From: a virus
IMG/VR virus record: IMGVR_UViG_3300009593_000015
Coordinates: 1 to 64,000 of that record
Reading direction: 5' to 3' (one strand)
Length of the DNA: 64,000 nucleotides
Shown: positions 58,204 to 64,000 of the stretch, piece after piece
How positions within the stretch are numbered: position 1 is the stretch's first letter
How the letters are laid out: every line of letters starts with the position of its first letter
Notes under the pieces: generated by a model
Databases searched by the model: none
The model's input: only the letters and a program-made list of their open reading frames with translations
Told to the model about the DNA's origin: nothing
Program-made: the position numbers and the translations under genes

Positions 58204-59307
58204 ATGGCAATTTCGTTTAAAACAATAACTCAAAACGACAAAACGACCTCAAGAACACTGCTTCATGAGGCTATTCCAATTACAGGAAGCCTTATAGTGG
58301 GCTCTTATGCCACAGGTTCAGACGGCCGTGGCACAAACATTAAGACATTCTCACATGGGATGTTTCAATCAATATATGATTATCCATACACTAGTTCATC
58401 GGCGAACCACATCTTTGATGTTACATGGGGTTACAGCTCCGCTTCGTCCATAGACGGAGTATTAGAGGGCAGTCAGATCAAGGGAGCAGTGACAGAGCAG
58501 GATAGCAAGAAAAAGAATTTATATTCTCAAATGGCCCAGGTTCTATCTGGATATGATATGAACGGTACTGTACGACCTTTTGATTTTGATGGCAAACACG
58601 ACTCTGGGATCAAAATAGGCGCCGCAGCCTTTTTGACTTTTTCTAGATTATTAGTAAAAGACGAAATAAAGAAGGGTAGCTTTTCGTTGACACTCGGCGC
58701 TGCTGATTCATATGGAGATCCGTTTAACTCCACATTCACTCTTACAGACACCCGCGCAACGAGTTCTTATCATACAAACTCCCCCGCGGGAGAATATGGC
58801 ATACTATATACGGGATCTTCAGAGGCCCCAGGCGACAGTCGCGGCCTGATTTTTTATCAAGCTGGGGTAGTGGTTCTTCCTTTACCGTCAACGGCGATCG
58901 CTGGCGCCACAGCAACGGCCCAGTGGATATCCAACAGCTCTGGTATAACAAACAAGCTAGATGTCCTGAAATCAAAAAATATTGATTCTTTTTCAGACGG
59001 CTTTTTGAGAAGAGTTCAAAATATTCAGTTTAATAATACGACAGAATTAAACTCAACGATATACTTCTGCAGAGCCAACAACACAGAATTCAACTACAGC
59101 TCAAATTCAACATACTTATCAGGAAGCAAGATAAGAGTCAAGACTGATCCAGGCACCCGCGAAGAACTAAACCTGCCAAGATCATATGTAACAACTGTAG
59201 GCTTGTACTCTCACGACAATGAACTAATGGCTGTTGCAAAACTATCGGAACCGATCAGAAAAGACCCAACAAATGAGCTGAATTTGAGAGTTAGACTGGA
59301 TTACTAA
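58204..59307 (+). CDS. Virion structural protein (tail/baseplate)
   Basis: C-terminal EFNYSSN...YVTTVGLY...ELMAVAKLSEPIRK...VRLDY. Confidence 0.7.
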   Translation: MAISFKTITQNDKTTSRTLLHEAIPITGSLIVGSYATGSDGRGTNIKTFSHGMFQSIYDYPYTSSSANHIFDVTWGYSSASSIDGVLEGSQIKGAVTEQDSKKKNLYSQMAQVLSGYDMNGTVRPFDFDGKHDSGIKIGAAAFLTFSRLLVKDEIKKGSFSLTLGAADSYGDPFNSTFTLTDTRATSSYHTNSPAGEYGILYTGSSEAPGDSRGLIFYQAGVVVLPLPSTAIAGATATAQWISNSSGITNKLDVLKSKNIDSFSDGFLRRVQNIQFNNTTELNSTIYFCRANNTEFNYSSNSTYLSGSKIRVKTDPGTREELNLPRSYVTTVGLYSHDNELMAVAKLSEPIRKDPTNELNLRVRLDY

Positions 59308-59309
59308 AA

Positions 59310-60494
59310 ATGAAATTTAAAAGGTTTGAGCCCAAAGATTTGATCTACAATACTATTGTGACCAAACCTGAATATAGTATCATAGTCAACAGCAACACCA
59401 CCTACCTGCAAAAAGAAAGATTAGTGTCCGGAACTTTCGACAACAAGATAAAACATATCGAATCGGGAGAAATAAGTCTTCACGAATTGAACATAAATAG
59501 ACCTGAAGATTCTCTAATATATTCGTTCATACAAAAAGACAGTACCAGATATGCCTCGAAGACGATTAGTACAAGCAATTTTGATGATATTTCCCAGTTT
59601 GCTTATGGTCACACCATAACTCAATCATACCCAGTAACGGCCCGCGTCAATAGAATATACATACCCCAAGGTCAAGAAAAGAGCTCTTCTCTTGGTGAAG
59701 CTCATGCTAACAAAAAATACGTTAGGTCACTTAAAAATGTGATTAACAGTCAGGGTGATTTTTCTTATGGTCTAGAGTATGATGACCTCGGCACATCTGA
59801 AGTAAACATGATTTGTGTTCCTGGTATTTTTTATGGATCCTCTATAAACAAGGGCAGTATAAGATTAAGGTATACTATCACTGGAAGTTTGTTGGCAGAA
59901 GCCAGAGATATTAACAAAAATGGAAAACTAATACAAACTCAGGGCCCTACTACTGGTAGCGTCGTAGGAAAAGTGATTTATAACCAAGGGCTACTATTGT
60001 TGACCGATACTACGACGCTAAACGATAGTTATGATGATTGTTATAAACACCCAACCATTCGATCACGCCCTAGTTGGGTAAATTTTGGAACAGGCTTAGA
60101 GCAGGTGGGGGAAAAATTAGATCATGGAAGCGTCACAGGATCAACTTATAGTATTAATTTCAAAGGTACAAACAAGATCCCTACTCTAACAATGTATACT
60201 TATGCAGAACAGAATGAGTTTAACTTCTCTTCTAATCCGACATTTGTTGAAAAGAGTGATCTTCCAAAATATGACCACTCTTCTTCATATTTTCTTGAGG
60301 TCGGCCGCAAGATAAAGAAAATCAACAAATCACCATATTACGACCACGAGGAGGATTTTGAAAACACAACATACATTTCCAAGATAGGTATTTATGATAA
60401 AGGCAAAAACTTGATTGCAATTGCAACTTTAGCAAACCCTGTGAAAAAGACAGAAAAAAGAGATTTTATGTTTAAGATAGGCATAGATTTCTAA
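59310..60494 (+). CDS. Virion structural protein, paralogue of 58204..59307
   Basis: C-terminal EFNFSSNPT...YISKIGIYD...LIAIATLANPVKK...IGIDF. Shared G.I.Y..G core. Confidence 0.7.
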   Translation: MKFKRFEPKDLIYNTIVTKPEYSIIVNSNTTYLQKERLVSGTFDNKIKHIESGEISLHELNINRPEDSLIYSFIQKDSTRYASKTISTSNFDDISQFAYGHTITQSYPVTARVNRIYIPQGQEKSSSLGEAHANKKYVRSLKNVINSQGDFSYGLEYDDLGTSEVNMICVPGIFYGSSINKGSIRLRYTITGSLLAEARDINKNGKLIQTQGPTTGSVVGKVIYNQGLLLLTDTTTLNDSYDDCYKHPTIRSRPSWVNFGTGLEQVGEKLDHGSVTGSTYSINFKGTNKIPTLTMYTYAEQNEFNFSSNPTFVEKSDLPKYDHSSSYFLEVGRKIKKINKSPYYDHEEDFENTTYISKIGIYDKGKNLIAIATLANPVKKTEKRDFMFKIGIDF

Positions 60495-60500
60495 AGGAAA

Positions 60501-61103
60501 ATGTCTTTATCGGATCGAAAAAGAAAATTCCTCACTTTTAAATATCAATCTCTTCGGAAAGAAAGAGAAGAATGTGACTCAATCATGTCTCTGATTACGC
60601 AAGAGGTTTATGATTTATATTCTAAAAACTTTAAAGGAAATTCACCCGCAAAAGATCAAAATGATGAAAGATCAGCTCAACTTGCGCAGTTTGTGCCACA
60701 AGAACAATTTAAAAAACCAGACGAAAATAAAAAAAATCCCCAAGACCCGGAAATTAAAAAAGTATTTAGAAGAATAGCTCTCAAAATCCACCCAGATAAA
60801 CTAATAAATTGCACAAAAAAAGAAAAACAAGAAAAAATTAAACTATACCAAAAGGCAACCCTCGCAGCTGAGAACAATGACTTATTAACATTGTCAGAGA
60901 TCGCAATAGGCTTGGGACTCACCCCTCCAGCATTTTCTCAACAAGCGACAGAATTTATAGAAGAAAAAATAAAAACTTTAAAAAAAGAAATAGAAAGTAT
61001 ACAATCGACATTGATGTGGAATTGGTATTTTACAGAAAAAAAAGAACTAAAAGACAAAATTTTAAAAAAACTATTTGAAATCATACATGAAAAAAGAAAA
61101 TAA
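60501..61103 (+). CDS. J-domain (DnaJ-like) protein
   Basis: IKKVFRRIALKIHPDKL (helix II plus HPD) flanked by coiled coils. Confidence 0.8.
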   Translation: MSLSDRKRKFLTFKYQSLRKEREECDSIMSLITQEVYDLYSKNFKGNSPAKDQNDERSAQLAQFVPQEQFKKPDENKKNPQDPEIKKVFRRIALKIHPDKLINCTKKEKQEKIKLYQKATLAAENNDLLTLSEIAIGLGLTPPAFSQQATEFIEEKIKTLKKEIESIQSTLMWNWYFTEKKELKDKILKKLFEIIHEKRK

Positions 61104-61638
61104 AACAATTCTGGGGCTTGATATCTCGACCTCTATTACTGGCGCCACAGTAATCGAACAGGGAAAGATAATCGAAACATTCGTGTGGGATACAAGAAAC
61201 AAGAAATACTTCCCAACCCTGTATGAGAAGGCAATGCTTATAAAGCAGAACCTTCTTGGCATTCAAGTACAACACGAGATAGATGAGATATTTATAGAAC
61301 AGTCGCTTCAGTCTTTCCGTTCGGGATTCTCCTCAGCAAAAACCTTATCGACATTATCCAGGTTTAATGGTATAGTATCTTGGTTATGTTACGAGAATTT
61401 TCGAATACAGCCGCAGATGATCGCCGCGTCATCAGCACGAAAGAAGGCCGGCGTAGGGATCAAGAGAGGTGAGAACTCTAAAGAAAAAGTTCTTCAATTT
61501 GTTCTTGACAACTTCCCCCAAATTGAGATACAATATACAAAGCATGGAAATCCTAAACCCGGGATGTACGATCTATGCGACAGTATTATAATAGCACTCG
61601 CGGGAGACAAAGTTGTCGGAGAAACTAAAGTTACTTAA
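61087..61638 (+). CDS. ruvC: RuvC-like Holliday junction resolvase
   Basis: ILGLDIS, IFIEQ, K, and DLCDSIIIA acidic catalytic residues. Confidence 0.8.
   Translation: MKKENKTILGLDISTSITGATVIEQGKIIETFVWDTRNKKYFPTLYEKAMLIKQNLLGIQVQHEIDEIFIEQSLQSFRSGFSSAKTLSTLSRFNGIVSWLCYENFRIQPQMIAASSARKKAGVGIKRGENSKEKVLQFVLDNFPQIEIQYTKHGNPKPGMYDLCDSIIIALAGDKVVGETKVT
61505..61534 (+). promoter_or_regulatory. Possible sigma70 promoter inside ruvC driving the primase
   Basis: TTGACA, 18 nt, TACAAT. Confidence 0.45.
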
Positions 61639-62530
61639 AAGGGCCCTCGGCCGCTGCTGGTCTAATGATGACGAACACCAGTTTCATTGTCCAAAGTGTG
61701 ACCACCGTAAACTTAAATTATCAATCAACATAGACAAAGACGTATTTAAGTGTTGGATATGTGATTATTCCGGCACAAAGATATCTCCACTTATTCGCAG
61801 GTTCGCACCGGCTTACTATGCAGATTGGCGCAGCCTCGCAGGTGAAGTGGATCTCTCAAAATATGACGTTATCTTCGCAGACCATACACCAGAGCCCCCA
61901 CAGATCATTGACCTGCCAGAGAACTTCCAAACTTTGACCGGCAAAAAAACAAGCATAAAGAGGCGGCCCCTTAATTATCTTTATTCTCGCGGATTCACAG
62001 ATAGAGATATACTAACTTGGAAGATTGGCTTTTGTAATTATGGAGAATATCAGGATAGGGTTATCATTCCTAGTTTTGATGACGATGGCAACGCCAACTT
62101 CTTTGTGGCGAGGTCATATACAGACGACTGGATGAAATACAAGAATCCAAGAGTCAGCAAGGATATTATCTTCAATGACTTAAACATCGACTGGGACGAT
62201 GATGTGATATTAGTCGAGGGTGTGTTCGATGCAATGAAGTGCAAGAACGCTGTGCCACTACTTGGCTCGACCCTGAGAGAGACTTCAAGGCTGTTCCAAA
62301 AGATATGTGAACGCAAATCGGATATATACTTAGCCTTGGATGAAGATGTCAAGGGAAAAGAGTTCGGGATAGCAAAGAAATTAAGAGAGTACGGAATCAG
62401 GGTTAGATCTATTGACGTCAGCGGCTATTCAGATGTTGGAGAGATGCCACAAAAGGTGGTAGAACAGCGAAAATTAAATGCGGACATTGTTTCGGATTTA
62501 GACTATTTACATTATAAACTTGACTTTTAA
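61613..62530 (+). CDS. DNA primase (Zn finger plus TOPRIM; DnaG/gp61-like)
   Basis: CPKC...CWIC, YL..RG, RVIIP, KYKNP, LVEGVFDA, LALDED and DVGEM motifs. Confidence 0.92.
   Translation: MSEKLKLLKRALGRCWSNDDEHQFHCPKCDHRKLKLSINIDKDVFKCWICDYSGTKISPLIRRFAPAYYADWRSLAGEVDLSKYDVIFADHTPEPPQIIDLPENFQTLTGKKTSIKRRPLNYLYSRGFTDRDILTWKIGFCNYGEYQDRVIIPSFDDDGNANFFVARSYTDDWMKYKNPRVSKDIIFNDLNIDWDDDVILVEGVFDAMKCKNAVPLLGSTLRETSRLFQKICERKSDIYLALDEDVKGKEFGIAKKLREYGIRVRSIDVSGYSDVGEMPQKVVEQRKLNADIVSDLDYLHYKLDF
62502..62509 (+). promoter_or_regulatory. Candidate late-promoter motif ACTATTTA within the primase 3' end
   Basis: Upstream of the AAGGAG RBS and the ATG at 62541. Confidence 0.5.
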
Positions 62531-62540
62531 GGAGATCAAA

Positions 62541-62711
62541 ATGGAAATCACAAAAAGAAGACTAAAGGAAATCATTGCAGAAGAAATGAATCACTTAGCA
62601 GAGACAGGCGATCTTAATATGATCACCGAAGCAGAAAAGAAGGCATTCGCCATTATACTTGAAAAGCTTACTCCAAAGCAATTGGAAGAGATAGGCCTTA
62701 AAAGGGTTTGA
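62541..62711 (+). CDS. Small protein with MEITKRRLKEIIAEE leader
   Basis: The RBS places the start at ATG 62541 rather than TTG 62520. Confidence 0.75.
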   Translation: MEITKRRLKEIIAEEMNHLAETGDLNMITEAEKKAFAIILEKLTPKQLEEIGLKRV

Positions 62712-62712
62712 T

Positions 62713-63156
62713 ATGAAAAAATCAGAACTCATTAAGATTATAAAAGAAGAGGCAGACTTTGTGCTAAAGGAGCTCTACATGGTGGATAGCCCAGTGGAAA
62801 TTGGAGCACAAGCAAACCTTCAGACTGCCTTGAAGTCCAAAAACAAACAAAAAATTGAAAGAGCAATTGAACATATCAAGAGCCTTGGCCAAGGCCAGGG
62901 CACGGTTTCATCTGCCGCCCTTGCTATAGCTGGCGCGCTCACTGGTGCCACTGCAGCAGAGGCCTTATTTGCAATCAAGCTAGCGCTTCAGGATATGTCT
63001 ACAATGGCATTCATGAGAATTTACAAACTCTTGCCAGCAGGCATTCAAAACACTCTCTTCACATCAGTCCGCGATTCAATCTCGTCAACCGGCAAGGGAG
63101 GCGATGCAATGCGTCAGGTGTTCATCGAAATGTCGAAAATCCTCCAAAAAACTTGA
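62713..63156 (+). CDS. Hypothetical protein with MKKSELIKIIKEE leader
   Basis: 147 aa with an Ala/Gly-rich hydrophobic segment. Confidence 0.75.
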   Translation: MKKSELIKIIKEEADFVLKELYMVDSPVEIGAQANLQTALKSKNKQKIERAIEHIKSLGQGQGTVSSAALAIAGALTGATAAEALFAIKLALQDMSTMAFMRIYKLLPAGIQNTLFTSVRDSISSTGKGGDAMRQVFIEMSKILQKT

Positions 63157-63181
63157 CACCCCCACCAAACCCTGCTATACT
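63153..63181 (+). promoter_or_regulatory. Sigma70-type promoter for the sbcD-like gene
   Basis: TTGACA (63153-63158), 17 nt, TATACT (63176-63181) with an extended TG. Confidence 0.8.
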
Positions 63182-63211
63182 TAGAACATAACAATTATTC
63201 ATGGAGAATAA

Positions 63212-64000
63212 ATGAGATTTGCTCATATTGCGGATACACACATCCGAAATCTAAAATATCACTTCGAATACAAAGAAGTATTCAAACAATTATATAAATC
63301 ACTAAAAGAAGAGAAAGTAGACTACATTATCCACTGCGGAGACATCGCGCACACCAAGACACAAATCTCTCCAGAGTTTGTGGATATGTGCAGAGACTTC
63401 TTTCAAAACCTTGCGGCCATTGCACCAACCTATATCATCCTAGGTAATCACGACGGCAACCTTCGCAACGGCTCTAGGCAAGACGCTCTTTCGCCTATTG
63501 CAAAGGCAATCAGTGACCCAAACCTCATCCTGTTGAAAAACGCCGGCGAGACAAAAATTAACGACAAGTTTTGTTTAAATGTTTTATCTGTATTTGATGA
63601 GGAAAACTGGACTGAACCAACAGACTACAGCCTAATTAACATAGCATTATATCACGGCGCTATTGATAAATCTAAAACAGACAGCAACTGGACACTAGGC
63701 GGCGACCATAGTATCGAAATTTTTGAAGAGTTTGATTTTGCTTTTCTTGGGGACATACACAAAACACAACAACTAGATAAGGAAGGTCGAATCTGGTATG
63801 CTGGTTCCACAGTTCAACAAAATTTTGGTGAGTCACTGGACAAGGGCTACCTCCTATGGGATATTGAAGATAGGGATAATTTTTCCAACAGGCTCATTAC
63901 CTTTAATAATCCAAAACCTTTCATTACTCTTACTTTAAGCGAGAAGGGTAACTTACCCAGGCATAAACCACCAGAAGGGGCCCGCCTCAGAATTGTATCA
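63212..64000 (+). CDS. SbcD/Mre11 (gp47-like) nuclease, runs off the window end
   Basis: GGAG RBS. MRFAHIADTHI, HCGDIAH, LGNHD, YHG, LGDIH, YAGS..QQNFGE...KGY. Open to base 64000 and not in the ORF track. Confidence 0.92.
   Translation, partial: MRFAHIADTHIRNLKYHFEYKEVFKQLYKSLKEEKVDYIIHCGDIAHTKTQISPEFVDMCRDFFQNLAAIAPTYIILGNHDGNLRNGSRQDALSPIAKAISDPNLILLKNAGETKINDKFCLNVLSVFDEENWTEPTDYSLINIALYHGAIDKSKTDSNWTLGGDHSIEIFEEFDFAFLGDIHKTQQLDKEGRIWYAGSTVQQNFGESLDKGYLLWDIEDRDNFSNRLITFNNPKPFITLTLSEKGNLPRHKPPEGARLRIVS

Noticed and set aside
24542-60494. Bacterial contractile injection system (eCIS/T6SS) or chromosomal island
   Set aside because: The flanking phage-type primase, RuvC, SbcD, gp55-like sigma and PhoH, and the absence of housekeeping operons, point to a phage genome.
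485-62352. The many short (60-130 aa) ORFs nested in or antisense to long genes
   Set aside because: They are shadow ORFs with no recognisable motifs and overlap well-supported genes.
1-64000. Alternative genetic code
   Set aside because: Genes are intact and densely packed in the standard code, and TAA, TAG and TGA all end genes at sensible boundaries.

Overview
This window is best read as a 64-kb piece of a large, AT-rich, contractile-tailed (T4-like or jumbo) phage genome in the standard genetic code. All credible genes but one lie on the + strand. From left to right: (i) an accessory region (1-12.9 kb) with iscA plus an internally deleted duplicate, a cysteine synthase, a three-domain peptidoglycan hydrolase, a minimal TilS next to a tRNA with a CAU anticodon (probably Ile2), an Hc1-like protein missing from the ORF track, ClpP, a trypsin-like protease, PIN-PhoH, a zincin and a Cas4/AddB-like nuclease; (ii) a ~10-kb glycan cluster (13.0-23.1 kb) with glycosyltransferases, two sulfotransferases, a KdsC-like phosphatase, PfkB, an NTP-transferase-RpiB fusion, a split transketolase, and WavE-like and GDPD-like genes; (iii) a gp55-like late sigma factor followed by a ~36-kb baseplate/virion module (gp25, gp6, LamG, and 3320-aa and 2437-aa proteins); (iv) J-domain, RuvC, primase and SbcD/Mre11 genes. 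The most interesting signals are: a shared N-terminal leader plus an ACTAATTA motif placed in front of unrelated cargo proteins, with a duplication that appears to show the leader being recruited to new cargo; strong enrichment of [S/T]-G-S tripeptides in virion proteins next to a phage-encoded glycosylation and sulfation pathway (candidate virion glycosylation system); and a self-contained TilS/tRNA-Ile2 module for decoding AUA. All functional calls come from motif recognition by eye. No database searches were run.
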